Shown in pieces: positions 13,508-27,350 of a DNA stretch of 64,000 nt. Every line of letters starts with the position of its first letter. Position 1 is the first letter of the stretch. The stretch lies in assembly GCA_951406725.2 (NCBI GenBank), contig OX597825.1, positions 38,068,001-38,132,000 on the forward strand, read 5' to 3'. The position numbers and the translations under genes are program-made. The DNA is from Octopus vulgaris. Taxonomy: Eukaryota. The notes under the pieces are model-generated. The model did not search any database. It had not been told where the DNA came from and worked only from the letters and a program-made list of their open reading frames with translations.

Positions 13508-15493
13508 CTAAAGTTGAGGTATATTAATTGTAGACCCGTTAAGAAGTGGCTTGTATTTTGTAATAAAGAGATTTTCTTTACTTATTCTTTGTCTCGAGGT
13601 TGTATCGTCCCTAAATTGGTAGAGGGGGAAAATTCTGAAGTTTGGTGTTTTTTTGTTGGCGCAAGTATCTATGTGTTGGCTAAAAGCTATTTTTCTGTTT
13701 TGGGGAATTTTTATCTGGGATCTGTGCAGGGCCATTCGTTTACGCAAACCATTTTTTGTTTGGCCTATGTACTGCTCTTGACACCCGGAGCAGGTTAGTG
13801 AGTATATTAGGTTCTCCGAAGCACATGTGAAGTTGCTTTTCACTGTAAACCGTTGTCCCTGTTTGAAGGAGAACTCCGAACCCTCGATTAGATAGTCGCA
13901 TATCCCGCAATTGGGTCTTCCACATTTTTTTACTGTCGGCTTCTGTGTTGAAGAGTGAATTCGGGCTTGTGTAAGGAGACTTTTCATGGATCTAGGCTGT
14001 CTTTTGCTTTTTATGATCGTGTGTGTTTGGAGGATTGTGTTCATTCTGTGGTCTTTTTTTAGGAGGGGTATGTTGTGGCGGATGGTGTCGAAGGCTTCGT
14101 TATTGAGAGGGTTGTGTGTGGAGATGTATGGTAAGGCTTTTGGTTGTAAGTTTTTCTTTGATTTGGGATGTCTCAGTTCCTTGATGTTAAGTTGAAGGGC
14201 ACGTTGAATGCACTTGTCAATAAGTGAAGGTGGATAGTTCCTGGTGATTAGGGTATCTTTTAGTTCTTGTAGTCGTGTGTCTCTGGTGTTTGCGTTAGAG
14301 ACTATAGTGCATATCCTTTTTGCTAGATTGAAGGGGATATTCATCCTGGTGTGTCTGGGGTGGCATGAATTGAATGGAAGATATTGCTTAGAGTCTGTAG
14401 GCTTATAGTATATGTCTGTTTCTATTATATTATTAGCTTTCTTAATGAGGATATCGAGGAAGGGGAGTTGTTGTTGGCTATATTCCATCGTGAATTGGAT
14501 GTTTACGTCCAGTCCGTTTAAAATTTTCTGGAATTCTATGAGTTTTTCTATATTTTTATGCCAAAGGATGAAACAGTCATCTAGATATCTCTTCCAGTTG
14601 TTTTCTATGTAGATGGAGAAAGGGCTGCCATATCTTTCTAGAACCTTACGATACAGACTGATCTCTAGGTATCCTATGACTAGGTTGGCAAAGGAGGGGG
14701 CCATTCGTGTACCCATCGCAGTCCCCGATTTTTGTCGGTAGAAGTTGTCATTGAAGGCGAAGAAGTTATTTTCCAGGATGAATTTAACCCCTTCTATCAC
14801 AAATTCTTTTTTGATGCGGTGTGGTAGTTCGTTGGCGTGATTCTCTAGCCAGAATTGGATTGCCTCTAGTCCTAGGTTGTGGGGGATATTGGAGTAGAGG
14901 TTGACTACATCGAAGGATACCAGTATGGTGTTTTTGTTTATAGTATTCGGTAGGTGATTGAGCATATCTAAGTCGTCCCTTATATAGCTTTTGACATGTT
15001 TGAGGAGTGGTTTTAACAGGGTGTCTAAAAAGTTACTGAGGCGGTGGGTTTCGCATGCGGGACCTGCTATTATGGGTCTCAATTTGAGGTCATTAGGATT
15101 AGGGACTTTAATTATTTTGTCTGTAGCTATCTTGCATGCGTTGCTTATTTTTTCACTTTTGTGGATCTTAGGTATACCGTAGAATTGGCTAGTTTTACTT
15201 GTGAAATTGGTCATATAATCATATTCTTTGTCGGTGAGCCCTGCTTTGTATGGGTTTAATATGGATTTTAGTTCCCTCATTATTTTTTGTTGACTGTAGT
15301 TTTGTGCCTTTTCATAGTATGTTGTGTCTTCCAGCATAGAAAGTACCAAAGTTATGTAAAATGTCGTATCCATTAAGACAACAGCACTCCCTTTATCGGC
15401 CTCTTTGATTGTTATTGTTTTATCTAGTTTTAATTTGTTCAACTCAGCCCATTCTTTTTTGCTGAAGTTTGGTTTGTGTTTTTGTTTGTGCAT
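13508..15493 (-). CDS. PLE reverse transcriptase + GIY-YIG endonuclease (661 aa, N-truncated, no internal stops)
   Basis: Motifs: IKEADKG, LRPII, VSFDVVNLYSNI, QKSGTAMG, RYLDD, LPFLD, YYKPTD, the Zn-linker KCGRPNCGIC, LIYSLTCSGCQEQYIGQTK and the C-terminal KYKPLLN. Confidence 0.95.
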   Translation of the reverse strand: MHKQKHKPNFSKKEWAELNKLKLDKTITIKEADKGSAVVLMDTTFYITLVLSMLEDTTYYEKAQNYSQQKIMRELKSILNPYKAGLTDKEYDYMTNFTSKTSQFYGIPKIHKSEKISNACKIATDKIIKVPNPNDLKLRPIIAGPACETHRLSNFLDTLLKPLLKHVKSYIRDDLDMLNHLPNTINKNTILVSFDVVNLYSNIPHNLGLEAIQFWLENHANELPHRIKKEFVIEGVKFILENNFFAFNDNFYRQKSGTAMGTRMAPSFANLVIGYLEISLYRKVLERYGSPFSIYIENNWKRYLDDCFILWHKNIEKLIEFQKILNGLDVNIQFTMEYSQQQLPFLDILIKKANNIIETDIYYKPTDSKQYLPFNSCHPRHTRMNIPFNLAKRICTIVSNANTRDTRLQELKDTLITRNYPPSLIDKCIQRALQLNIKELRHPKSKKNLQPKALPYISTHNPLNNEAFDTIRHNIPLLKKDHRMNTILQTHTIIKSKRQPRSMKSLLTQARIHSSTQKPTVKKCGRPNCGICDYLIEGSEFSFKQGQRFTVKSNFTCASENLIYSLTCSGCQEQYIGQTKNGLRKRMALHRSQIKIPQNRKIAFSQHIDTCANKKTPNFRIFPLYQFRDDTTSRQRISKENLFITKYKPLLNGSTINIPQL

Positions 15494-15528
15494 ATGTTGA
15501 TATGGGTAATTTGATATGTGGTCACAGA

Positions 15529-15560
<32 letters not shown>

Positions 15561-16335
15561 GATGTATATACAACTCACCACCTTGGGATAATCGAAATTC
15601 CCCCTTTCTGTTACTACTATGTATATATATATATATGCATGTGTGTGTATGCTTGTGCATGTGCATGTGTGTGTGAATTTGTGTGTGTGTGTGAGTTTTT
15701 GTGTGTGTGTGTGTGTATGTGCGTGTGCGTATGTGTGTGAATGTGCATGTGTGTGAGTGTGCATGTGTGTGAGTGCATGTGTGTCAGCATGTAGATAGAG
15801 AGATAGTATAACATTTTATATTGACGTAACGATACTTTATGTAATGATATTGTAGTTAGTCACACTTTCAGTATTTACTGCATCACCATTATTGCACAAA
15901 ATAAGAGCTCTATGCAAAGTTTTACGATAGAGTATTTTGTTTATACTATCTATATAGCACCCGATCAATATTTCGCTTTATTTGCATCTACAGAGCAGAA
16001 AAAATAAAATAAACGGATGTCAAAGGTCCGCACAATTAAGAAATATGAAATGTAAGTGAAATTATCGTAATTCTACATAACAGAACATACAATATGTATG
16101 CATACATAGATATATACACACACACACACATAGATACGTATGCACACACACTCACATATATAGATAAAATATGCATATGTATATCTATCTTTATATGTAC
16201 GGTTGTGTGGGGGTGCACGTGTGAACACAAAGCATGTATGTATGCTTACTTGTATGCATGTATGAATATATTCGTGCAGGTATGTGTATGTATGTATACA
16301 TATTTGAATGTACATATGTACGATGTATGCACGTA

Positions 16336-16382
<47 letters not shown>

Positions 16383-16407
16383 TATATATGGATATAGATA
16401 TATGTGC

Positions 16408-16445
<38 letters not shown>

Positions 16446-16675
16446 ATAAAGAGAGAGAGAGAAAGAGACAGAAAGGCAGGTAGATATACACAAAGATAGA
16501 TAGATCAAAATGGGGAGAGAGAGAGAGGAAGTGGGGAGGCGAGAGAGGTAAATGCATATGTTTATCTATTTAGTCATATACATATATATATGTTCAGATA
16601 CACTAATACAAGAATACATACGTGTATGCTTGCATGTGTGTCTGTTCGTTTGTTTATGTGTGTATGTGTGTATGT

Positions 16676-16754
<79 letters not shown>

Positions 16755-17308
16755 TAGGAGACGAGACGATAAATTTGCAGTATTTCAAGAGTAACAACGA
16801 AATTTGACCTGTCTCTCAGGTAATGAACCGAAAGCAAAATCTAAGAGCAATCACTACCTTATGTATACAGAGTTTAACCTACTGAAATTTCACCTATCTA
16901 AAATAGAAGTCACCCTCTTTCTATCTAACAGCATATATCTTTTTGAATATATGCATAAATGTATGTGTCTACGTTTGTATCTGTATATGTGCGTGCGTAT
17001 GAGTGTGTGTGTGTGAACGTTTGCGTGTAAGTGTGTGCGTGCGTACTTGTGTGAGCGTGCATGTGCGTTCGTGCGTTCGTGCGCTTCTGTGTGTGTACAT
17101 ATATAGGTTTGAATTTGTCTTGGAACGGGAATATTTTAATAATACTGCTGCAACGATCTCTCGATAGACAGATCAATTAAATTTCTTTGCTGTGTACGTT
17201 CGTATGTATGTATGTATTTCGTATGTATATCTGTATGTATGTGTGCATACATGCATTTATGTATGGCAAAATGTTCGTTAGTATGTGTATGTGCAGGTAT
17301 GTATGTAC

Positions 17309-17466
<158 letters not shown>

Positions 17467-18049
17467 GTCAAACATATTGAAATCAAATATTCATGAGCTT
17501 CAGTTCTATAGCAACTGAAATTTCAATTTAAAATACATAATCTAACATAGTTTTCACTGTAATGTTGTTTTGTAATGTCAACAAAAACACCCTAGAATTC
17601 TAGATTCTCACTATCTGAAATAAAATTAATTACTTTGTTGCATTTTGAAGAATCTTTTATTAGAAGCCAAAAGAAAGAAATAAAACAATTTGTTCTGATT
17701 CTGCACCAATTTTTATACAGCTCTAATAGTATTTTCACTGAATACTGTCAGTCTTCGTAATGAAAGTACTAGTTTTATCACCACTGTGTGAAAAGAATAG
17801 CAAGATAACAACAGAGAGAGAAGTGTATCAAATCATGCAATATTATATGCCAATTCATCATTAGTTATTATAACAGTATCTCTAAAATTTATTATTTGCC
17901 GGAGAAGCATATTTGTTTTTATACTGATATATTTGTCGCATTATTTGCTTTTACGTGATTATCATATTATATTCATCATATGAATGAAATGTAGTTTATC
18001 TGTGTTGGAAAAATTCTTTAATATTCAAAAACAACAACGATTGCCATAT

Positions 18050-18093
18050 CAATAGTGTTGATAATAATAATAATGATAATGATATTAATAATC

Positions 18094-18125
<32 letters not shown>

Positions 18126-18183
18126 GATAAATAATAATAATAATAATAATAATGATGATAATAACAACAACAACAACAACAAC

Positions 18184-18251
<68 letters not shown>

Positions 18252-18330
18252 CAATGATAATATCAACAACCATAACAACAATACCAATAATAATGTTAAT
18301 AATAGTAGCAATAATAGCAAAAATAACGAC
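18050..18330. repeat. (AAT)n/(AAC)n microsatellite
   Basis: Directly visible triplet array. Confidence 0.9.
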
Positions 18331-18351
18331 AGAAATGTATCTCTATATATA

Positions 18352-18406
<55 letters not shown>

Positions 18407-18549
18407 CCTATACACCTTAATCCATCTATCTATATGTATGTATATGTATATATATATATGTATATATATATATATGTATGTGTGCATATATATATATGTA
18501 GATATATATACATACATATATTTATATACATATACTTAATCTATCTATG

Positions 18550-18595
<46 letters not shown>

Positions 18596-18640
18596 TATAC
18601 ACCTTACTCGATCCATCTATATGTATATATGCACACACAC

Positions 18641-18695
<55 letters not shown>

Positions 18696-18937
18696 CACAT
18701 CTATCTATCTCTATCTCTATCTCTATCTATATGTAAATGTATGTATGTATATATGCATTGTCACGTACGTAATATAGATAATCACATACACTTTGCTTTA
18801 GAATATTCTGGTGGGCGTGTGTTCTTAACGTTTCTGCAGGAGAATAACTTATTTTTAGGTACATTATTCATACATTAGTTTTTCTATTTTATGCATATAT
18901 TAAAATTTATGTTCGAAAATTAGTATGTAGATCATAA

Positions 18938-18968
<31 letters not shown>

Positions 18969-19221
18969 CCATCTGTCTCACTCTATCTATCTATCTATCT
19001 ATCTATCTATATATCTATCTCTCAATATATCTATCTATCAATATATCTATCTATCTAACAATGAACATTTTATTTTCCCCTTGAAATAGGTAACCATGTA
19101 TACATTTATAATATACTATTTCAAAAATGCTTCTTTAAGGCAGAATATTTTACATTGGGTTGATATCGTTGCATTTTATATTTCAAAGTTTATATACGTA
19201 CGTATACATATGGCATTATAT

Positions 19222-19332
19222 AAGGTTGAAAGGCAACGCCAACCTCAGAATTTGAACTCAGAACCCAAAGACAGACGAAATGCTGCTAAGCATTCTGTCT
19301 GGCAAACTGAGGATTGTGCCTCCTCACCGTCT
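19222..19332 (-). mobile_element. SINE family A, degenerate 5' part
   Basis: gaatttgaactcagaacccaaagacagacgaaatgctgctaagcatt aligns with 945-1030. Confidence 0.7.
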
Positions 19333-20113
19333 AGCAAAGAACAATAATAGTAAAAATAAATTTAGTGTTGGTTACTTACTCCACGGTAAGTCTACACTGA
19401 GCAGACTTTATCATTAGGCGTGTTCTGATTTATCTTCTTTAATAATCTTCCTAAAGATGATTGCTTAGAACTATATTTCTCGGAGTGTATTTCGTATATC
19501 ATTTTAAACTAGTGCCCAGAGCTCTTTGTAGTAGCCTCGGATATCACATGAATATACACACATTAGTTGCAAATATAAGCAGTGTATTGTATGTGTAAAA
19601 ATTCCAAATGTTATATGAGGTACTTTACAAAATACCTTGAAAATGTATAAATTCATTTATATTCAGTAGCTGTGCAAAATTTCGTTGAAAATGAGTTATA
19701 AGGATTAGAACGACCCTATTTATCTTATCTTAGGCATAGATAAAGCCATATATTCAATGTTAGAATGACATAGGGTGCAGTTCCGTATAAATCAAACCCA
19801 GATGAATGAAAGGAAATGTGAAGCTTGGTATGATATACTGAGCAAACCTTACATTAATGGATTTGCTTCAGCAATCTACCACTTTTATCAAATCCAATAA
19901 GCATGGCAGGTATGAGTTTTGGGAGATAAATAGGAAGATTTTCTAGGTAATATATACATTTTCACATGCGATAGCATGTCGCTTTATATAGAAATACTTT
20001 ATGCAAGTTCAAAAATAACATTGTTCTTTATAATCATTAGAAATAAGTTTATAAGTTCAAATATTGGTAATTAAAATTTTCAGTCTAAAATAAATTTATA
20101 CACCACAAACACG

Positions 20114-20186
<73 letters not shown>

Positions 20187-20984
20187 AGACACACACTCAC
20201 ATACACACGCACGCACAAATACACACCTAGATACACGCACATGCGCACATGCGCACACAGACATATGCAAACACCTATACATAGATACATACATACGTAC
20301 GTACGTACACAGAAATCCGCCTCCACACATTCCTACCTAAGCAAAAATAGATAGAGAGCATTTCAGAGAAGCGTAAGCATATTGTCTTTCTCTGTATAAC
20401 TTAGTATTCTTTCGATTTGTTTCTTTCGACTTCTCTCTATCATTTTCTTTTTATCACTCAGTTCTTTAGTTTCTATAATCTCTCTCTCGCTCTCTCTCAC
20501 TCTGTCCCTCTCAATCTCCCTCTTCCTATATCTCTTTCTCTGAAATTCGCAATCGTTACTGCTTATGTTTCTCCTTCACTTTTGGTATGTGTGCATATAT
20601 TTTCAAGCCAAATCAATTTTAGTTGATTTCGTATTCATATTTGCAAGTGGTTGGCGTCACAAGTACTGAAAGAAGCTTGCTAGAATATGGAAGTAGGATA
20701 AAATGTTAAACACATTCAAAAATCTCGAAAGCTTATCAGGCTATACAAGCTTTTCTGCATAATATATATAGACAGAAATACGCATGGAACACTGTGAGAA
20801 AGCGATATGTTCTTGTCAGTCGCATTAGCTCCGCGATGGAGACACATACATCTATCACTTTCTCCCTCTTCTCCTCTGTTATTTTGGTAATTCTGTATGG
20901 TAGTGTGTGTGTGTGTATGTGTGTGTGTGTGTGTGTGTTTGGGTGTATATATATTTATACATACACACATACATATATATATAT

Positions 20985-21193
20985 AAAGTTAATCCAAACA
21001 AGAAAACACAAAAAACAAAAAGACACAGCAACGCGAGGACGTGGAACAAATAAAGTATTATTGGACGCTCAGGAAAGAAGGGAAGAAGGAGGGTTTAACG
21101 TTTCTAGCGGAGCTCTTCATCGGAAACATAGGCGAAGGAAAGATCCCGAGAAGGGAAGACAGAGGAAAAAAATCGGCATCGGTACTCACGAGG

Positions 21194-21198
<5 letters not shown>
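20985..21198 (-). mobile_element. Penelope-type solo pLTR, same family as 9679-9892
   Basis: The reverse complement aligns end to end with 9679-9892. It contains gtttCCGATGAagagctccgctaGAAACGTTaaac, a mutated hammerhead. Confidence 0.8.
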
Positions 21199-21260
<62 letters not shown>

Positions 21261-21261
<1 letters not shown>

Positions 21262-21340
21262 TAATAAATAAAATATATGCATACATACAAACATATATGT
21301 ACGTACCTACATCTTCATGTATATATACATGCATATATAA
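21261..21340 (-). mobile_element. Terminal fragment of the 27528/28318 pLTR family
   Basis: aaacatatatgtacgtacctac is the reverse complement of gtaggtacgtacatatatgttt at about 27751 and 28555. Confidence 0.65.
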
Positions 21341-21444
21341 ATATATCGATTCGATTCGTTTGGTTTCGTTTCGTTTCTTCTCGAAGCTGGTTTAATATGG
21401 CCACAGCTCATGAGCTGAAACTAGAATCAATCAATCAATCAATG

Positions 21445-21480
<36 letters not shown>

Positions 21481-21559
21481 GTATATATATATATATGCAT
21501 GTATGTTTGTATGCATATATATATATGTATATCTATGTATATATATATATACATATATA

Positions 21560-21730
21560 TACTCTTTTTCTCTTTTACTTGTTTCAGTCATTTGACTGTG
21601 GCCAAGCTGGAGTACCGCCTTTTGCCGAACAACTCTAATGATTTCTTATGCCGAACCACTAAGTTACTAATAAACACACCAACAACGGCTGTCAAGCGAT
21701 GGTGGGGTACAAACGTAGACACACAAACAT
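21560..21730 (-). mobile_element. SINE family B, 3' half
   Basis: tcttttacttgtttcagtcatttgactgtggcc...ctgtcaagcgatggtgggg is the reverse complement of the tail at 22320-22530. Confidence 0.8.
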
Positions 21731-21752
21731 ATATTGATATATACATACATAA

Positions 21753-22113
21753 TACCCTTTTTACTCTTTTATAACTCATTTATTTGTTTCAGTTATTTGA
21801 ATGCGGCCATGCTGGAGTACCGCCTTTTAGTTGAGCAAATCGACCCCAGGATTTATTCTTTGTATGCATATTACTTATTCTATCAGTTTCTTTTCTTGAA
21901 CCGCTAAGTTACGAGGACGAAAAATACGCCAGCATCAGTTGTCAAGCGATGTTGGGTGGACAAACATTGACACACAAACATATACACACATACATACATA
22001 AATATATATATATATACGACAGGTTTCTTTCAGTTTTAGTCTCCCGAATCCACTCATAAGGCTTTGGTCGGACCGAGGCTATAATAGAAGACGCTTGCCC
22101 AAAGTGCCACGCA
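21753..22113 (-). mobile_element. SINE family B, head-truncated
   Basis: It aligns with the reverse complement of 22165-22530. Confidence 0.85.
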
Positions 22114-22115
22114 TA

Positions 22116-22528
22116 TGGCTGTGTGGTAAGTAGATTGCTTACCAGCAACATAGTTCTGGGCTCAGTCCCACTGCTAGGCACCTTGGGCAAGTGTTTTCTA
22201 CTATAGCCTCGGGCCGACCAAAACATTGTGTGTGGATTTGGTTTACGAAAACTGAAAGAAGCCCGTCGTATATATGTATGTATATACATATATGTACGTT
22301 TGTGTATATGTTTGTGTGTCTGTGTCTGTCCCTCCAACACCGCTTGACAAACGATGCTGTTTTGTTTACGTCCCCGTAACTTAGCGGTTCGACCAAAGAG
22401 AATGATAGAAAAATTACTAGGCTTACAAAGATTAAGTCCTAGGGTCAATTCGTTCGACTAAAGGCGTTGCTGCAGCATGGCCACAGTCCAATGACTGAAA
22501 GAAGTAAAAGAGTAAAAGAGTAAAAAGA

Positions 22529-22530
<2 letters not shown>
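22116..22530 (+). mobile_element. SINE family B, near full length
   Basis: tRNA-like head, CORE-like caccttgggcaagtg, internal TA/TG tract and a (gtaaaaga)n tail. Confidence 0.9.
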
Positions 22531-22567
<37 letters not shown>

Positions 22568-22571
<4 letters not shown>

Positions 22572-24581
22572 TCGTCCTTCGGGTTCGAAGATGACCACTG
22601 ACATCATCTGGTGGAACTGCCGCCATGAGACCGGAGGTGGCTGGTGAGGCCAATCCGGGCAAGGAAGCCCCTCCCACAGGTGGGGCAGAAGTGGGTAGGG
22701 GCCGTGCTACTGGTGCAGGCGGCTCTGGCTTTCCGCATCTGGCGTTTCTGCTCTGCTGACCGAATCCGTCCCTCCTCGGCTGTCCCTGCTCCTGTGGTGA
22801 TTGCGCTGCGCCAGGATGAGCGGTCGGCAGCAAGTGTCTGCCAGGTCTCTGTGCCGATTGAAAAGTCTTTGAGAGAGACCTTGAGACTGTCCTTGAAGCG
22901 CTTCTTCTGCCCTCCGACTTTGCGTTTGCCCTGGCTGAGTTCACCGTAGAAGAGCTGTTTTGGGATGCGAGTGTCGGACATGCGGGAGACGTGGCCCGCC
23001 CATCTCAGCTGGGCCTTGCGCATGATTGTAAGGGTGCTAGGGAGATCTGCCTGCTTCAGAACTTCTGTGTCTGGGACTTTGTCCTGCCAGCGGATGTGAA
23101 GGAGGTTCCGAAGACACCTGAGGTGGAAGTGGTTTATCTGGGGCTCGTGCCTTCGGTAAGCAGTCCACGTCTCGCAGCCGTATAGTAGGGTGGTAAGCAC
23201 GACTGCCCGGTAGACTTTCAGCTTGGTGTTGAGGCTGATTCCTCTCCGCTCCCAGACTTTCTTTCGCAGTCTCCCAAACGCGCTGCTTGCCTTGGAGATT
23301 CTGTTGATGGTTTCAGCATCTATGTTGGCATTGCAGGAGAGAGTGCTGCCCAGGTAGGTGAAGTTTTCCACCGCTCGTAGGATCCGTCCGTTCACCTTTA
23401 TCTGAATGGTATTGTTTGCCGGGGTCTGGCTGAAACATCACTTCGGTTTTCTTGGCACTGATGGTGAGACCGAAGTTGTCACAGGCTGATGAGAACCTGT
23501 CCATCTCGAGCTGCATCTCTTGCTCATCGATTGCATTAAGGGCGCAGTCATCAGCAAAGAGAAAGTCTCTGACGACTGTCTCTCTTACCTTTGTGACAGC
23601 CTGCAATCTTCTGGAGTTGAAAAGTTTCCCGTCTGTCCTGTACTTGATGTCGATACCGGACTTGCAGTCCCTAAAGGCGTCGGACAGCATTGCCGAGAAC
23701 ATGATGCTGAACAGTGTTGGGGCCAGGACACAGCCCTGCCTGACTCCGTTGGTCACCTGGAAGGCTTCAGATGAGTTGCCGTCTTCAAGGACTCTGGCTG
23801 TCATTCCGTCGTGGAACTGGCGGACAATTGCAATAAATTTGCTGGGGCAACCAAATTTTCCCATGACCTTCCATAGTCCCTCCCGACTGACTGTATCGAA
23901 AGCCTTGGTGAGGTCAACAAAGGTCATGCAGAGGTCATGGTGCTGCTCCTTGCATTTCTCCTGGAGCTGGTGGGCGGCGTATATCATGTCAGTGGTCCCT
24001 CGACCCGCGCGGAAGCCACACTGGCTCTCAGGGAGAAGGTCTTGCTCCAAGTGTTCCAGAAGGCGGTCAAGCAGGACCCGGGCCAGGATCTTGCCTGCTA
24101 TTGGACAAGAGGGAGATTCCTCGGTGGTTGTCACAGGACTGCCGATCTCCTTTCCGCTTATAAATGTGGACGATTGTTTCCTGTCCCACATCGAGTGGAA
24201 CAGGCTGGTGAGCTGATTGATCATGGTGGGGCCGCCCGACTTGAACACCTCTGCAGGGATGGCGTCAGAGCCTGGAGCTTTGCCTGTGGACATTTTTTTG
24301 ATGGCTCTGCTCACTTCCTCGACTGCAGGGGGAACAGCCAGCTCGTGGTTTGTCGGCACCTGGGGGGAGTCGTGCGATGGCTTCCTCGTTGATCTGGGCT
24401 GGTCGGTTGAGCACGATGTTGAAATGCTCCGCCCATCTCTCCAGGATCAGCTTCTTGTTAGTCAGGAGTGAGGTTCCATCCGAGCTGAGCAGGGGGGTTG
24501 ATCCAAAGGAGAACTGCGGTCCATAGACAGCTTTCAGCGCCTCGTAGAATTTCTTGGTGTCGTGTTTGTCTGCGTATCCCT
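22568..24581 (-). mobile_element. RTE-clade LINE, 5'-truncated, with a frameshifted RT
   Basis: Motifs: KAPGSDAIPAE, LPESQCGFR, FVDLTKAFD, GVRQGCVLAP, LFADD, FTYLGS, LLYGCETW, LRWAGHV and the C-terminal CPTCGR..H zinc finger. These are split over three frames and flanked by (TA)n. Confidence 0.95.
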
Positions 24582-24615
24582 GAATATATATATATATATA
24601 TATATGTATACACAT

Positions 24616-24731
24616 GACGGCTTATTGTCAATTTCCGTTTACTAAATACACTCGCAATGCTTTTGTCGGACCGAGGCTACAGTAGATGACACTTGAACCC
24701 GGAACTTACCACACAGCCACCCCTGCTGCTA
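24616..24731 (-). mobile_element. SINE family B, 5' half with an internal deletion
   Basis: gtcggaccgaggctacagtaga...cttaccacacagccac is the reverse complement of the family B head. Confidence 0.75.
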
Positions 24732-24736
24732 TATGG

Positions 24737-24817
<81 letters not shown>

Positions 24818-24844
24818 GTGTGTGTGTGTGTATATGTATTTATG

Positions 24845-24890
<46 letters not shown>

Positions 24891-25100
24891 ACAAAAATAT
24901 ATATATAGATTTATTACTGTTTGTAAACTATGTTATACAGATGCACAGAGGCATTAATACGTATTCTAAGTATAAGAAGAGAAAACAAATTTGGCTATTA
25001 AGTTTACATGCTATTTTCCACAGTCGATTATAGATAGCACTTGAACGTGAAGTAAAAGACTTAGTCATTATCTCTATCTATTTCTCGTTCTGTCTATCTA

Positions 25101-25138
<38 letters not shown>

Positions 25139-25168
25139 CACACACATACATACATATATATATAAACC

Positions 25169-25208
<40 letters not shown>

Positions 25209-25252
25209 TATATATATATATATATATATACAAGTATATATAGGAGAAGGAA

Positions 25253-26463
25253 AGGTCATCCCATAAGTTCTGTCCGATTTTACCTTCTCTAAAATTGAAT
25301 GAAGTTTAGTAGTATTTTAAAATGTCTAATGGAATTAAAAATTATTTTTATGCATTTCTGCACATTTAATCTAATTAAATATTATTTTACAGTTTAATAG
25401 ACTTAAAATTGCTTTTATTAAAACCCTTTCTAAAATGGAACTATCCAAAGAGCATTTGAGGCACATAATTTGAGGCTTTATGAGTACAAAAAGGGAAAAT
25501 CTGCAGCCGAAACGACTCGAAAATACAGTCAGTTTGCAAAGATGGTTTGCAAAATTCACAAGTGGAGATTTCTGCCTTGAAGATGAAGATCGAAAAAGAC
25601 CTCCAGTTGAATTTAATGATAAGCTGCTTGAGGCATTACTTGAAGAAAGTCCTGCACTATCAATTGAAGAACTGGCAATAAAGCTAAGTTGAAACCATGC
25701 AACTGTTCATCGTCATCTTCAACACCTTCGAAATGTTCCTAAACTTGGAAAATGGCTGCCTCATGAATTGTCAGAAAGCAACCGCAAATCTCGAGTTTAC
25801 ATCTGCTTTTCTCTCCATTCTCGCGAAATCATTTCACCCTTCTTGGATAGTCTTGTGACTGGTGACGGAAAATGGATCTTCAATGGAAATGTTAAACGTC
25901 GTAAACTGTGGCTTGGTAAAAGGGAAAAAGCTCAACCACAATCGAGTGGGGAACTTCATGTGTAAAGGAGTAATTAACTTTCAATCGTTAGGACATAATG
26001 CAACAATCAATGCTCAAGCAATTAGATTGTTTAAACCAAGCTTTGAAGAAAAAAAGACCCGATTTAGTGAGTCAAAAAGGAGTGATGTTTCATCAGGACA
26101 ATGCATGACCCCATATTTCGATCATCACAGAAGATCGAAGACTCTGGTGGGGAAAAGATTCCTCATCCACCTTTTTCTCCCGACCTTGTTCCTTCAGACT
26201 ACCATTTGTTTCGTAGTTTACAGAATCATTTGGGTGACATAACTTTCGTAAGCCCGGAAGAGGTCGAAACTGACATTTCAGAGTTCTTTGCTTTGAAACC
26301 AAGAGATTTACTTCGACGGGATTAAAAAGCTAGTAAATAGATGGAAGAAAGTCATAGATAATCACGGAAAGTATATTGATGATTAAATTTCAAAAAAATA
26401 TAACGTTTGATCACTTGTTTTCATCATTCAAAATTCGGACAGAACTTATGAGATGACCTAATA
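25253..26463 (+). mobile_element. mariner (DD34D-type) DNA transposon with a defective transposase at about 25435-26386
   Basis: TIRs are aggtcatcccataagttctgtccga and tcggacagaacttatgagatgacct, with TA on the right. Motifs GKWLPHEL, VTGDGKW, HQDNA and HPPFSPDLVPSDYHLF are present, with stops and frameshifts. Confidence 0.95.
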
Positions 26464-26519
26464 CATACATACACACACACATATATATTTTATATACACA
26501 TATATATGTATATATACGA

Positions 26520-26564
<45 letters not shown>

Positions 26565-26608
26565 TAACACTGACATATATGTATATTTATATATATATCT
26601 AATATACA

Positions 26609-26676
<68 letters not shown>

Positions 26677-26713
26677 GGCAAAGTTAATAGATATGTATAA
26701 GTATATATATATA

Positions 26714-27136
26714 ATCAGAGCACTAAGAAGCACCAGCTTAGCTAAAAATAGGAGTCATCAACAGTCCGAAGCCACAATAATTAACACTAAACTTTCTCAG
26801 GCATGTTTGGAACAAAAAGAGAAGAAAAAATCTAAGGGAATAAGGTTTGTGTCTTATCTCTTCAAAATTGCAAGGAACCTGACATCATGTTTTCGAATTT
26901 TGAGTCCAAGGCACTCGATTCTATTCCGACAGATCTACTCGTATCAATACTGGCAATTCACTTACAACAAATGCATGTGTGCGTTAGTGGGCCCCAGCAG
27001 CATTGAATAAACGACCTTAGTGAATTAATTTATAAATATATAAAGAAAATTATTCCTCATAAGAAATAGTAATATAAGAGGACGCCAGCATAAAACCGTA
27101 TAGGCAAAAATATTAGACACATCATATAAATATTTA

Positions 27137-27201
<65 letters not shown>

Positions 27202-27350
27202 CCGGGCACTAAGAAGCATTAGCGGAGCCAAAAACAGGAGTCATAAACACGCTGAAATCACAAGAATTGATATTAAAGTCTTACAGACATGGTTGATAAT
27301 ATACTAAGAGAATGAGGTTTGTGTTTTTATCTCTGCAATATTGCGACAAG
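26714..27350. repeat. Two diverged direct copies of an unclassified ~150 bp repeat (about 26714-26870 and 27199-27350)
   Basis: Shared blocks gcactaagaagca, aaaa(t/c)aggagtcat and aggtttgtgt..tatctct, each starting right after a TA tract. Confidence 0.6.

Noticed and set aside
21385-21440. cagctcatgagctgaaac as a hammerhead
   Set aside because: It lacks the CUGANGA core and matches a SINE 3' tail (atggccacag...ctgaaac).
22432-24471. Extra antisense and alternative-frame ORFs over the RTE element
   Set aside because: They are shadows of the GC-rich RT coding sequence.
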